A stretch of 63,141 bases of DNA, filler included, from Octopus bimaculoides (taxonomy: Eukaryota): the NCBI RefSeq assembly GCF_001194135.2. It is 7 parts of 7 records of this genome, joined end to end, with 100 filler letters (N's around TTAATTAATTAA, not from the genome) between each part and the next. Parts side by side here need not be neighbours in the genome. Positions count along the whole stretch, not along the records: positions 35,652 to 48,972 come from NC_068982.1; positions 49,073 to 56,465 come from NC_068984.1; positions 56,566 to 60,397 come from NC_068988.1; positions 60,498 to 63,141 come from NC_069003.1; 3 more parts are not named here. One strand, given 5' to 3'. The notes under the pieces are model-generated. The model was not told the DNA's origin, did no database searches, and saw only the letters and a program-made list of their open reading frames with translations. This document shows, piece by piece, positions 47,010 through 61,149 of this stretch. The translations under genes and the position numbers were made by a program. Positions within the stretch are counted from its first letter, which is position 1. Every line of letters starts with the position of its first letter.

Positions 47010-48950
47010 ATAGTAAAAGGCATTTTAATGAACCCACATCGAATGAAGTAGCCATCCTTATGGTAGGTGATCCCCATGAAAATCATGATATTCTCATTCA
47101 TGCTTGAGATAACAACCTTAAATGTGTTTCAGAGGCTCATCCTGCTTATGATGCTCTCCAATATCCTCTTCTTTTTTAGAATGGACAAGATGGGTATCAT
47201 TTCAATATTCCATTGATTAAACCTGCAACACGAGAGCCAATTACAAACAAAAAGGTATCATCAAATGACTTCTATTCTTACCAACTGATGTTAAAACTAG
47301 AACAGTCAAATCAATTACACATGTATCATGATCTATTTCAGAAATATCTGGTTGATATGTATGCTGAAGTTGAGTGAACATCTCTTCTACATTTGTAACA
47401 ATCAAAAAAAGTTAAGGGCTAAAAATTATGTTCATCACCAAGATGCTCTGAGGACAGATGGTGATATTGAAAACATAGGGCAACTTATAATTCTGCCATC
47501 ATCATTCACAGGTGGTCCTCAATATATGCATGAGCAAACACAAGAACACAGAACATATGAAAAACCAGATCCTTTTGTCACTTTCATCTGTAATCCTAAA
47601 TGGGAGGAAATAAAATCTAACCTTCTTCTAGTGTTGCATCTTCTGGTATTGGAGGAAGAACTGCTCATTCCATGTTCAAGCTCTCTCTAAACCTTGCAAT
47701 GAAAGAATCTCAAATGTGCAACATTTACAAAAACTCTGCAATGGCAACAGTTCTCCAACAAACTTGCCTCATTGTTTGAGATGAGTGCACTATGTCTCAT
47801 CATTGAGCTCTAGAGGTACTTGACCGAAGCCTACAAGACATAAAAAACAATAGCACACTCATGGGAGGAGTAACAGTTCTTGCAGGAGATTTTCATCAAA
47901 TGTTCCCAGTTATCCCCAAAGGATCAAAAGTTGATGAGGTCAATACATGCTTACAAAAATTGTACTTTTGGAGACGTGAAAAAACTTCATCTTACAAGCA
48001 ACATGAGAGTAATTCTACAAGGTGATCATACGAGCTTCTTATGATTGGTAATGGGATATTAACATTCAACTCAAGACTTCAGCTACATGAAATTACATGC
48101 AGTCAAATGATACTTTCTCTTAATGATGTTATGGATAAAGTATTTCCTAATTTATCTGTCAATTACACTGATGTAAACTGGCTATGTGAAAGAGTTATAC
48201 TGGCTCCAAATAATGAAATGGTTGATAAACTCAATCATGAACTTCTTCAAAAGTTAACAGATACAACAGAAATGACTTTTTGATTAACTGACAACAGTCA
48301 ATCAAGATCAGATTGTTCAATACCCTGTTGAATTTCTGAACATACTTAAACCCACTGGGATGCCACCACATAACTTGATGCTAAAACTGGATGCTCCCAT
48401 TATGTTGCTTACGAATCTTGACCCATCTCACCTGTGTAATGGAACCTAATTGTTACTTCCATGAAACCCCATGTCCTACAGGCAACAATCATAACAGGTA
48501 GTCACAAAGGAGAAAACATCTTTATTTCAAAAATTCCTTTCATACCTACAGATGTTTCATTTGAATTTAAGATGCTTCAGTTCCCAGTCAAACTAAGTTT
48601 TGGTATTTCAATTAAAAAATTTCAGGGTCAATCCCTCAAGGTAGTTGGACTTGATCTCTCTACTACATGCTTCTCCCATAGCCAGCTCTATGTTGCTTGC
48701 TCATGACTTGGAAGCAGCAACAATTTATTCATTTCAACACCAACAAAAAATTACACAAAATATTGTTCACCCTAAGGTGCTTCAACATTGACAGATTTTC
48801 AGTTCGAAATTCTATCATCATTACAATTTGGATATTTTTAATAGAATATAGATATTTTGAAATAATTATAAGAATATATCTTTATAGTCATTGTTTACTA
48901 ATCTGAATAAGAACAGCAGTAACCCGGGCAATGCTGGGTCATTCAGCTAG
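47010..48950 (+). mobile_element. Decayed autonomous-type Helitron (Rep and PIF1-like helicase remnants, intact 3' end)
   Basis: PAYDALQYPLLF, LPSSFTGGPQYM, FVTFICNPKWEEI, DECTM, AGDFHQ, ILAPNNEMVDKLN, MPPHNLMLKLDAPIMLL, QFPVKLSF...QGQSL...FSHSQLYVACS. GC hairpin at 48922-48939, then CTAG|T at 48947-48951. Confidence 0.95.
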
Positions 48951-49072
48951 TTTTAAATATAACAAAGAATTTNNNNNNNNNNNNNNNNNNNNNNNNNNNN
49001 NNNNNNNNNNNNNNNNTTAATTAATTAANNNNNNNNNNNNNNNNNNNNNNNNNNNNNNNNNNNNNNNNNNNN

Positions 49073-49113
<41 letters not shown>

Positions 49114-49168
49114 CATACACATACATATATATATACACACACATGCATACATACACACACAAACACAT

Positions 49169-49203
<35 letters not shown>

Positions 49204-51917
49204 ACAAATGAAAGACAAAAGATGGAATAAAAGAGGATAAATTATTAATCACAACAATTGTTTCGACACATCTAGCATCGGGTACAGTGCCAATAAGTAC
49301 ACTATTTATATATTTATGTTCAATAATACAAATATGTGTTTTTTTTATTAATACGTAATAATTTTATACGCACTTCTTTTATTGTTTTGTGCAATCTTAT
49401 ACGTGGATTTTTTGTCGGCTGGCCTAAGTTACTAATGCTGAACACATTGATTATGACAGTCATTCGGGATGTGGCCATTCTTTACCTTTTACATGCTCTG
49501 AAATCACATGCCTCTATTTCCCAGTATTTCCTTTTAACATAATTTATATCTTGTATCAGGTAGAATGGATAAGGCTTTCTAGATCTCCCGGTCATTTTCA
49601 GGTGGTTGCGTTCATTACACCCGTATAAAGTAACAATTTATATCAAAAAAATTCATAGAGACTTACATTATATGCAATTTGTCATCACGCTCGCCTTCGT
49701 TTGATCACAACTCATGAATAACATAAGAGAACATTTGTAGATGTTAATTGTTTTCCACATAGTCTGTTCATGTAAGGGTAATCGGATCACATGAAATCTA
49801 TAAAACGGCATCGACTGAATTTCCTCGATTGAATTAATTATCGCATCGGCCCCTTTTATCACACTGTGCATAACGTTTTGCAAATCATTACGTTACGGTC
49901 GCAAAAATGCAATATTGAAATGATTAACTACACACCATGTTTCTAATGGCTTCCGTAAATAGTTACAGAGTGCATACATACCTTACGGGGATTTGTGTAT
50001 ATTCAACTGTCATAATTACACATGATAGCATGTCGTAAATTCAGTTTTGTTGTTATTACAATGAATAATATATTGAATAATACAATCTATCAGCAATTCC
50101 ATGAGGAATATGAATTTCATTAGATTGTGAGACGATTTCGTATGTTGGCGTTGGCCTATATATAAAATAACTAAATACACTTGCTGCGATCGCTGCATTT
50201 ATTACGAAGCCTTTGCTATCTATTTAATTAGAAATCCTCGTTTAAAGTGCAAACATTCTCAGATCAGTTAGTATTACGTAACATTTCTATCAATGACTCC
50301 ATTGACAAATTTTCTCTTCAAATAACTACGGAATGAAGATAATATTATTGCATTCTAGGCAACCACATGGACAATTTAGATAGTACTCAATGACCTAGAT
50401 AAAATCTACACACAAATTCAGCAATATACGTTGAATTACATTCATTTATAAACTGAGTTTATTAAACTCTATGAAGAAATAAGCATACTAGTACTTATGA
50501 GTGAGTACGTTAAGGTGTTAAAATTCAATTTTTTTACGGCTCTTATTTCCTGTGCTTCTCTTTAAGAAGTTGTTTAACACTAAATGTTATATAGAGACTA
50601 TCCGTTTCAAACGGCCAATTTATTTTCATTGTATACATTTTTGGATTGTCCTTCGATTCCTTTCACGTTTATATACTCTTTCCACTGCTGCAGGTTATAC
50701 CTGTCTCAATTCATAAAACATATTGTGTTGCATGTGCCTTGCCTCAATTTTTTGTGATTATCTGTTTATCTACTGTTTTTATTTATTTTTTGTTTGTCCT
50801 TCATTCTCCATATATTACTGCGTGTATGTGTAGATACAATCCTACAGCAAAATAAACATGCATAAATATATGTGAGTGTGTGTGTGTTTGTGTGTGTGTG
50901 TGTGTACGAGAGAGAGAGAGAGAGAGAGAGTGCATGTATCTGTGTGTGCGCGTGTATGTGTATGCGTATCCATTCATGTATGTATCCATGCATGTATGTA
51001 TGCATTTACATAGAATAATTGTTAGTCATAAACAAGTACTTTATTACAAAAGATTGGAGTTGTTTTGAAATAAATTGCTTAGGAAAGGAAACTAGCATAC
51101 TGTTGAATAACTGTTGGCGGTCGGAAGCCAAATGAGATGTATGAAAAAATTACAATTTGTTAGAAAATTCCTTGGAGCCATGAAAACTAAAGAAATCGGT
51201 ATAATAATGAAACTGCTTTGACAATCATATTATTTGCTATAAAAGAAAAACAGTGGGGATACTTTGGCAAGAGACATTTTCAAATGCATCTGAGGCCCGG
51301 AGATTTGATTCAAATTAAGAGAAGGTAATTCTCTTTTAACTCACAAGGAATGCAACCGAAGAAAACTTCTAGGAAAATAAATTAAGCAAAATAAAGGAAA
51401 TTCATGTTTTAACAGTACAACATTTCTCAGCATTTCATTGAGTCATTCTGAATATTAGTGGCTTATACGTAAACCTTATATATTACTGTTACTTGTATTA
51501 ATGTGACCCTCAGTATAGCAATGTCCACCTTATGCGAGTTGCAACTTCTATTAAGCCATTAACGATCTGTTAAAATTCCACTTGGAAAGAGAATTGTGGA
51601 TAAAGAGGTAAGAGCTATTTCTCCCAGTAAATTTGATAACAAATGTTAGGCTGGATGACCTGGTTTTAGAAAATTATTACTCGGATTCGATAATTAGACC
51701 TCTACAGGGGTTCCCTTGTGTCATAACGAGTGCATCATACATCTGCTCAGATTTTTTGTATATTATGTGCAGTAATTACATTCCCTTCTCACTCATTCTT
51801 CCCTTCAACATATATGTAAATCCTCACAGAATTGTAAACTATCCTTGTAATAACATTTTGTGGCTAGTAAAAAAAAAATCCTCATTATTATTGTTGTTGT
51901 TGTTGTTGTTGTTGCTG

Positions 51918-51996
<79 letters not shown>

Positions 51997-52099
51997 CCAG
52001 TAGTCTTATTTTTATCACGTGCTTTATTATTATTACCATAACTGGACGTGTTGTTTTGGAGCTCTGTAAATTTGTGTAAATTTCACTTGTGTAAAACTT

Positions 52100-52445
52100 T
52101 TTATAACTCGTGGTAGTAGGATCGTGGTTTCGATTCTCAGACCTGGCATTGTGAGTGTGTTTATTGAACGAAAAAAAACTAAAGATCCATGAGGCACCGA
52201 CAGTGGGTGGTGACGAACCCCGCCGTACACTTTCACCACAACTTTCTCTCACTCTTTCTTCCTGTTACTCTTGTACCTGTATTTCAAAGGGCCAGCCTTG
52301 TCACACTCAGTGTCACGCTGAATCGCGCCGAGAACTACGTTAAGAGTATACGAATTTGTAGAGAGCGCAGCTGCTTGCATGTTAATTTCATGAGCAGGCT
52401 CTTTCCTTGATTGGAAACCCTCGTTGTTCTACTCGACAGAGTGCT
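52100..52445 (+). mobile_element. SINE family B, diverged
   Basis: GTAGGATCGTGGTTTCGATTCTCAGACC...AAAGGGCCAGCCTTGTCACAC...ATTTCATGAGCAGGCT. Confidence 0.85.
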
Positions 52446-52454
52446 ACGACGACT

Positions 52455-52830
52455 ATCTGCTTCCAGATCTTTGTATTTTGAAAATGTTTCCGTTTCTTTG
52501 AGAGAGGCATTGTCATCTGTTGGTATTGATACATCGATTGGAAAGCATTATTTGATGTTCTCTGACAACTATATCCGGATTATTGGCTTTCATTGCTTTG
52601 TGTGTATTGGTATATTCCAGAGTATGGTTGCTTTCTCATTTTCTGTGAACTTTTCTGGATTATGCCTATTCGACCTTACTTCTGTATATATTGTATAGTG
52701 TTGGCATAGCTTCTGGTGCATATAGGTCTCAACTCTGTCTTGTCTGAATATATTCCTTCTTAGCCAGGACTGGACAGCCAGACACAATATGGTTTATTGT
52801 TTCTTGTCCATCTCCACATATTCTGCAGTT
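52455..52830 (-). mobile_element. R4/Dong-type LINE fragment (CCHC finger + restriction-like endonuclease)
   Basis: NCRICGDGQETINHIVSGCPVLAKKEYI...KLCQHY...ENEKATILWNIPIHT...CFPIDVSIPTDDNASLKE...KYKDL. Confidence 0.85.
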
Positions 52831-53339
52831 ACATTTTGTATTTCTTTTCATTAAATATATTTCCTAATTTCTGGTGAGGTTTTGATCTTGTGCTATCCTC
52901 TTCCTCCTTCTTCCTCCTCCTCCTCCTCCTCCTCATCATCATCATCATCATTATTATCGTTATTGTTGTTGTTGTTGTTGTTGTTGTTGTTATTATCATC
53001 ATTATCATTAGGTGAGGACACATGACCCAGTGGGCAGGATGTTTCACTCATGATCATGAGGTCATGATTTTAATTTTTTAACCGATTAGTGCCTTGCCTC
53101 CTTTTGCAAAATACTTAATCTCGCGTTGCTCTCTGATCACTTGGTACAACGTGAGCCTGTTCAAGTAACATAATTTTGACCACTGTAAACAAATCTTGTT
53201 TGCATGACACTCGACAGAAGCTGGACACCAGTCTTCGACTGGTGAATGCGGCTCTGTTATTCTTATTATCACCATTGTTAACGCAGTGAGCTTGCAAAAC
53301 TTTTAGTACGCCTGTTAAAAGACTCAGCTTCATTTCGTC

Positions 53340-53660
53340 TGTCATTGAGTTCTGAGCTCAAATTCCGCCGCGGTTTAATTCGAGGTCGATAAAAAAAAAA
53401 TTGTTTCTGTACTGAGGTCAATATAATTGACTTAAAATCTCTCCCGATATTTATGGCATTTAGCCAAAATTTGAATCGAATATACTAAGGTGACAAGCTG
53501 GCAGAATTGTGAGCATGCTGGGGAAAAAATTTAGTGGCATTTCGTCCATCTACATTTTCTGACTTCAAATCCAGCCGAGATAGACTTTGCTTTCATGCTT
53601 TAGGGGTGTAAGCGACTTATGCTCTCCCCTGAAATTACTGACCAAATTTTGAACTGTTAT
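53340..53660 (+). mobile_element. Two adjacent diverged SINE family A copies
   Basis: CTCAAATTCCGCCG...GAGGTCGATAAA (53340-53450) and AAGCTGGCAGAATTGTGAGC... (53491-53660). Confidence 0.65.
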
Positions 53661-54984
53661 CATATTGTTGTTGTTTTAGATTCTGTCATTGTTATTCTTG
53701 TATTATACATTAAAAATTAAAATCCTGCTGCCATCTCTCACCTGTGGTCAATAAATTTTATTAGTTCTCTGGTGCCGACATCGTTTGCATCTACCAATCC
53801 CCTCCAGTCATAATTTCAGGCTTTAGTGCCGCTCAATTACTGGTGTCGGTTGTCTCGACAAACTCTTATATTTCTGGTGAAGAATGCTTGATTTGTATTC
53901 TAAATTAAGAAACATCATTATACCTTGTAATATATATATCCACCTACCCTTTCTCTTCTTCTTCCTCCTCCTACTCTTACTCCCTTTCCTCTAACTCTTC
54001 CTCCCTTTCGTCTTCATTATCACCGTTGATATTAACGCTCTTGTTATCGAATTATCTCGTATGGACACGGTATTTTGTCATGCAACCATAACTTAATACA
54101 AAGTATGTTAAACGTTTTTTATAAGCCAATGTCGTGTTCTATTGTATTAGCGGTGTTACTACATTACTAGTTATGGTTATCTCTACAGATTTGTTATGGA
54201 AATTATAGCCAGCACTGATTTTGTTACGACTTTCGTGTCTGATACTTGATGTAAAAGACAATGAGATCGAAGATTAAAAAAATGGGTTATGGGCATATAT
54301 GATTTATTTCAGGAGTTTTTCTTTCTGTGTCACCAACCTGTTAATCATTATCTCAGTGTTAAAGAGCTGAAATGGAATGGTTTTTCTCTGAGAGAATGCT
54401 ATAGCCATCAGCTACAGATCCCAAGGTCCCTCACAATCCTTTTGATCCAAAGCTGGAAAGCCCCATGCTACTTTTGAGCTGTAAATTATCTAACCAAATC
54501 TGGAATAAGGTACTCACCATTTCCAATGCACCAACAGCGATTAGTTACGCTTGCTTCTAATAACTTTCATACCTTTTTTGGTTTATTCTGAATCTGCCGA
54601 AGTTTTTCTCTCTCTCTTCCTCATTATTTTATATATTATTTTTCCTGGGGCTTGTTACGTAAATACTATCACATTTTGTGCCGTTCTTGTGCAGGAATTT
54701 CATGTGTTGTGACACTTGGTCGTTTTTGTCTGTGACATTCTCAGTCGATTTAACATTGGTATTCCCCAATTATTTTGCGTTTTGTGGTCACAACATTTGT
54801 TCAACTATGACACTATTTCTAATTGATATAAAAGGTTTATTATGGCCATATTATCATTTTTGAGCTTACATTCAGTTGGTGTTATCATGGTACATCATGT
54901 TGCTATATAGAAAATTATCTTTGATCGAACAAACAACATTTCTGATACATCTCGCATATCAATATTTTTTTGCTTTATCCAAGG

Positions 54985-55155
54985 CAGTGTGCTAGCAGAA
55001 TCATTACCACGCTGGGAAAAATGTTTAGCGGAGTTTCATCTCTTTGCTTTTTGAGATATAATTTCACCGAAGTTGACTTTTCCTTTCATCTTTTCGCGTT
55101 CGATAAAATAAGTACCCTTAAACTTGCTGGCTTTGGGCCAAACTTTGAAATGAAT
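54985..55155 (+). mobile_element. SINE family A, diverged
   Basis: GCTAGCAGAATCATTACCACGCTGGG...GATAAAATAAGTACC. Confidence 0.7.
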
Positions 55156-56402
55156 ATTTTCCTTTATCAAATTTGTGCGAGGTGCTTGATACTAGGCTGT
55201 AAATATCTATTATTCTGCCTTTTTCTTCTTAAAAGCCTTTTTGTATTCGCCTTCAAGATTTATGATACATTATGTTGCCACGATCACTTTGTTCTTTCCT
55301 CATTTTCTGGTGGTTTCAGCGTCTTCCTGTAAGTTTCTTGCATGATTGCACTCTCAATCACTTAATAGAAGTTCTTTCTTCTCACCCTCAGCGCATTTAG
55401 TTATATATAGCCTGCATTTCTCAGAATGTGTATTCGTTGTAATTCATTCGTTGTTCGTTGTTAAGTTTTTCTCTGTTTTCATGTCCATATTGTGATAACT
55501 CTTATATTTGACAGTTTGATTTCTCCACACTGTACCTTACACATGATATTGCCCATGATATCCGCACACTGTACCTTACACATGATATTGCCCATGAATT
55601 TATATTTGTTTTGTTATTGCCCATGAATTTATATTTGTTTTGCTATTGCCTCAATTGATTTGGAAAAGGAGAATTTTTTACCGGCCCCTAGTATTCTCTA
55701 CGGTTGATATATTTCATCTAGATTTACAGTATTTCCAAGAAATCGAAGGAATTACGTACTTTATCAGAGTCAATCTCCTATTTAATCTCTTTAGATGTTA
55801 AACCATTCCACATCTCTTTGTTAGATTTCTACGTCTTAATGTCATATGAACATATTTCTTCATATCGAATTTTATCATTATATTTGCACTAAACGTTCTC
55901 ACTAAGTTGGTGTTGATTCTACATGATTTTCATTTCTTCTGTAGAGTTTNNNNNNNNNNTAGAGTTTCGAATCAGCCATAGAAAATATGATTTATTCTCT
56001 CTTGTATCAGTTTTCCTAAAGCATGTTCCACTTTTACTTTCGCAGAATTTAACTCTGTGGAATCCGCTTATTTACGAACAGTAGTTGTGAAAGTGTTTTA
56101 CCTTGAAATATCACTCATTTTCTTCTAAGTTCAACTTCTAATATCAACTTCTATAGCACACATAGTTATAATCTTTATTATTATTATTGTTCAGTAGTTT
56201 TATTTTTATAACGTGCTTTCACTTCACTACCGAGCGCAGCTCTGTGCGCCTTGGGTATGTGCTGTGGTTTGCTGTGGTGCTCTTATGTTTACTGTATTGA
56301 AAGTGTTTTGCGTAGAATGTGTGCAGTACCCAGTAGTCAAATTTTCTGTATGTTATATATATATTTGTAAGTCCTGGTGTTTTTGTTATGTATTTGTCTG
56401 AA

Positions 56403-56465
<63 letters not shown>

Positions 56466-56567
56466 NNNNNNNNNNNNNNNNNNNNNNNNNNNNNNNNNNN
56501 NNNNNNNNNTTAATTAATTAANNNNNNNNNNNNNNNNNNNNNNNNNNNNNNNNNNNNNNNNNNNNGG

Positions 56568-56845
56568 GATTGTGAAGCTGGCTAAGCGATTCCTCTCTGT
56601 AAAGGTCCGCGCGCCACACCACCACTGCTCCACCTTTGTCCGCCGGATGATGACGATGTCGTCGCGGCGGCGGAGATTGCGGAGGGCGACCGATTCGGTC
56701 CGGGTGAGATTGGCCCGGAGGGATCTTTTTTTAAAGTCGAAACGCTCGACCAACGCCTTACAGTCATCCACGAACAAGTCTAGGCTACTGAATTGGCCTG
56801 GAGGCGGCGTCCAGTTGGATGGGCGGCGTCCCAGGTCCGAGAAGT
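56568..56845 (-). mobile_element. Penelope-like retroelement fragment (pre-RT region)
   Basis: SNWTPPPGQFSSLDLFVDDC...NLTRTESVALRNLRRRDDIVII(frameshift)ADKGGAVVVWRADLY; GC-rich; cut by gap. Confidence 0.78.
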
Positions 56846-59577
56846 AATATATATATATTATTTGAATCGACACTCGTCTGCGTGTGTATAGATCATGGTG
56901 TACCTGTACACGTAGTCACGTGTGAGTACATACATACATACATACATACAAACATATGCAACTCTGTGTGTGTGTGTTTGTGTGCGTGTGTGTGCGCACG
57001 TGCGTGTTTATGTGTGTTTACAGTGATGGATTCGAAGGTTTCGGTTATTTACAAGTTGTTTTTTTATTTCATGGGAGTATAAATACCTATAATGGTGATA
57101 TCTAAAAAAAAAATTGAATAGAAAAAAATATAACTTGCACATTTCCCGATAAGTAAGTATTCATATTATTTATAGCCTACAACGAACTACTGTACGTTTG
57201 ATTCGCCTGCCATCATTGAAAGACGTTGAAAACACTTCTCAAATTTTATGCACTATTTTAAATAATTAATAGTGGTTGTGTTAAATGCTTAAGAACGAAT
57301 ACGTAATCATTGTATTTTAGGCAAGTGTGATACAGCCTTTTAGCATTTAATAATGAATTATAGTGTCAGTGAGTGTTTGCAGAGCAATTTCAGATTTCGA
57401 TTGAATCCAGTCCAGTTCGTTTATACAGCAAATACCCATCATACAGGTTGGACAAACTTCCAGGTCGACACATTCAGTTATAAAGCAAAAACCTTTACAA
57501 TCACCAATATCCAAGAAACCCACATTTGTTCCTACGAAAGACAACTAAAGAAATTCTTTTTAAGAATGTGATTATTATTTCAACGTATTTCCACACAACT
57601 AATATCTTAAAAGACATTCTAATCCTATGTATTTAATGTGCTTATGCTTGTGTGTATTGGTGTGATTAGTTTCAGATTTCAAAGGCATGATGACTAAAGC
57701 AGGAAAGAGAATTTAATAGCCTACATCAAAGCGATGGCAATGTTAGTAATCTTGATAAATAAAAGTGAACATATGCATGATCTAATTTGCAAACAGCAAT
57801 TTTACACGTACATAGATGAAATTTTACATAAGGGCACATCATTTCACGATAAGGCATAGTTATGTAACCTTGTTCTTATACTGTTATAAACATTCGAAGT
57901 TATAGATGAAGATAAACTGAGGCAAATCATGGATAAAGAAAATAACTGTTGGTTCAAGTAATCACGTGATATCAGTGAATCCCGAAAGCAAGTGGTGGTT
58001 TAACAAGCAACGATTATTCAAATATAATCTGTGCGTATTTTCACACAAAACATAATGAAATATTATTCCCCAATAACATACTGAGTCGCTCAAGTAAGAC
58101 TATACATCATTGTAAATATAATGTACATATAAAGGATAATAACAAAGACAAAAGAATGGTATTGATACGGGCAATATATATATATATATATATATANNNN
58201 NNNNNNNNNNNNNNNNNNNNNNNNNNNNNNNNNNNNNNNNNNNNNNNNNNNNNNNNNNNNNNNNNNNNNNNNNNNNNNNNNNNNNNNNNNNNNNNNNNNN
58301 NNNNNNNNNNNNNNNNNNNNNNNNNNNNNNNNNNNNNNNNNNNNNNNNNNNNNNNNNNNNNNNNNNNNNNNNNNNNNNNNNNNNNNNNNNNNNNNNNNNN
58401 NNNNNNNNNNNNNNNNNNNNNNNNNNNNNNNNNNNNNNNNNNNNNNNNNNNNNNNNNNNNNNNNNNNNNNNNNNNNNNNNNNNNNNNNNNNNNNNNNNNN
58501 NNNNNNNNNNNNNNNNNNNNNNNNNNNNNNNNNNNNNNNNNNNNNNNNNNNNNNNNNNNNNNNNNNNNNNNNNNNNNNNNNNNNNNNNNNNNNNNNNNNN
58601 NNNNNNNNNNNNNNNNNNNNNNNNNNNNNNNNNNNNNNNNNNNNNNNNNNNNNNNNNNNNNNNNNNNNNNNNNNNNNNNNNNNNNNNNNNNNNNNNNNNN
58701 NNNNNNNNNNNNNNNNNNNNNNNNNNNNNNNNNNNNNNNNNNNNNNNNNNNNNNNNNNNNNNNNNNNNNNNNNNNNNNNNNNNNNNNNNNNNNNNNNNNN
58801 NNNNNNNNNNNNNNNNNNNNNNNNNNNNNNNNNNNNNNNNNNNNNNNNNNNNNNNNNNNNNNNNNNNNNNNNNNNNNNNNNNNNNNNNNNNNNNNNNNNN
58901 NNNNNNNNNNNNNNNNNNNNNNNNNNNNNNNNNNNNNNNNNNNNNNNNNNNNNNNNNNNNNNNNNNNNNNNNNNNNNNNNNNNNNNNNNNNNNNNNNNNN
59001 NNNNNNNNNNNNNNNNNNNNNNNNNNNNNNNNNNNNNNNNNNNNNNNNNNNNNNNNNNNNNNNNNNNNNNNNNNNNNNNNNNNNNNNNNNNNNNNNNNNN
59101 NNNNNNNNNNNNNNNNNNNNNNNNNNNNNNNNNNNNNNNNNNNNNNGTTAGTGTGTATGTGTGTTTGTGTGTGCGTATGTATGTATGTGTGTGTGTGTGT
59201 GTACATGGTTTGGTGGTTTATCTGTTAGTGTGTATGTGTGTTTGTGTGTGTGTGTGTGACGTAGTGGAAGGAATTAGTAGCAGGAATAGTTAGTGGGTGC
59301 TTATGGACAATAGTTAGTGGGAGGTCAGCAGGCAGTTTTTGAGTATGTGTGTGTTCGTGTGTGTGTTTGTGTGGGGTTGCAGGTGTTGGGTACGTGTACG
59401 TGTGTGTGTGTATTTTGTACGTGCGCGTGGGTGTATGTGTATGTTTTTGTGCGTGCGTGTGTGTTTGTGTGTATGTGNNNNNNNNNNNNNNNNNNNNNNN
59501 NNNNNNNNNNNNNNNNNNNNNNNNNNNNNNNNNNNNNNNNNNNNNNNNNNNNNNNNNNNNNNNNNNNNNNNNNNNNN

Positions 59578-60218
59578 GGGGCTTCAGATTTGATACGTGC
59601 TAAAATCTTGTCCTTATTATGTACAATCGTCGATGCAGTTGTCCGATTCATCCCAAAAGATCGTGCAATTGCTACTTTTTCACCTTTTTCATGGCGTTTT
59701 ATCATAGCCAGTTTATCTTCCAGTGTTATAACATGACGCTTAGCACTTTCACTATGAATTTTCTTAGGAGCCATGGAAGAGGAAATAAAGTCACAAATGA
59801 ATGAGAATGAAAAAGTAGCCGATCTACAGACGTAAACAAATATGAATTCAAAACAATCACGAGTGACAACGATTTCTAACGGTAGTTATTGAAACTAGAG
59901 TGCAATATGAGCTCCGAAAGACCGATAAATAAGACCACACAGCTGATTTCATTAATTCGTTCACTAATCTACACTACTTTATGGTGTGTATCTTAACATT
60001 TATTGTACGTATTTTGATAAGTTTTAATCTTATTTATTGTACAGTAACATGATTTTATGTTTTCTAGTGATTTTACGATTCCAATATTTGTGGCGGACAG
60101 ATGTAAAGTCCAGTAAAATGATTTTACTTGATTCTTATTTTTCCATGTATCTTTTTTGAAAACCGGCGTATAATCGAGAACGACTTAAATCGAAACGACA
60201 TAAACCGAGGTATGCCTG
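59578..60218 (-). mobile_element. Tigger/pogo-type DNA transposon, 5' part
   Basis: MAPKKIHSESAKRHVITLEDKLAMIKRHEKGEK...FGMNRTTASTIVHNKDKI (CENP-B-like HTH); terminus TA|CAGGCATACCTCG at 60218. Confidence 0.85.
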
Positions 60219-60509
60219 TATATACATATATATATATAATATTTAAATTAGCAGAAAATGGAGGAAACTTTTGATCAACAAACAAATTGACCAACATCGG
60301 TTACTTATTTTTTAATACAAAACATAACATTTCTTACGGTCGATTCCTGGTAAACTTTTGTTTATTCTGTTATTACCTGTACCCTATGAGCATAGTGNNN
60401 NNNNNNNNNNNNNNNNNNNNNNNNNNNNNNNNNNNNNNNNNTTAATTAATTAANNNNNNNNNNNNNNNNNNNNNNNNNNNNNNNNNNNNNNNNNNNNAAA
60501 CTACTGAAC

Positions 60510-60579
<70 letters not shown>

Positions 60580-60591
60580 GTGATGACGATG

Positions 60592-60623
<32 letters not shown>

Positions 60624-60760
60624 GATGAGGAGGAGGAGGAGGAGGAGGACGACGACGACGACGACGACGACGATTCTGCCACCTCGCCACCTTAATAATA
60701 ATAATAATGATAATAATAATAATAATAATAACAACAACAACAACAACAATAATAATAATG
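60510..60760. repeat. Compound trinucleotide array (AAT)(GAT)(GAG)(GAC)(AAC)
   Basis: Direct. Confidence 0.95.
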
Positions 60761-60876
60761 CCTAGTGTACCTTTATCAGACGGGTAGTCATGATGGGTAT
60801 AATGGGCTTCGTATATTTTACCCCAGTGTCACTTTGATGGCATGTACTGCTCTCTCACTCAATAATAATAATGATA

Positions 60877-61060
60877 ATATGGAAAGTGCGGGTAAAATGT
60901 ATCCCACTAGTTATAGGTACATTGGGAACTCTCCCTAAAGATCTGAGCACATGGATAGAGGAAATAGGCATAAAACCCAGTTTAGCACAGCTCCAGAAAA
61001 ACAGTGTTATTAAGGACAGCTAGGGTACTTAGGAGGGTTCTCGGCGATATTAGGATGTTT
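60877..61060 (+). mobile_element. R4/Dong-type LINE C-terminal fragment
   Basis: WKVRVKCIPLVIGTLGTLPKDLSTWIEEIGIKPSLAQLQK(+1)TVLLRTARVLRRVL. Confidence 0.75.
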
Positions 61061-61149
61061 TTTTCCAACAGTCTAATCTGTTGTGTGTATATAATAATAA
61101 TGATAATAATAATAATAATAATAATAAACTGCAATACTGGTCTGAAAAA

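Noticed and set aside
57347-57571. Overlapping ORFs on both strands (Cys-rich on minus)
   Set aside because: No recognisable domain, no consistent splice-site pair, no partner exons found. A transcript alignment would be needed.
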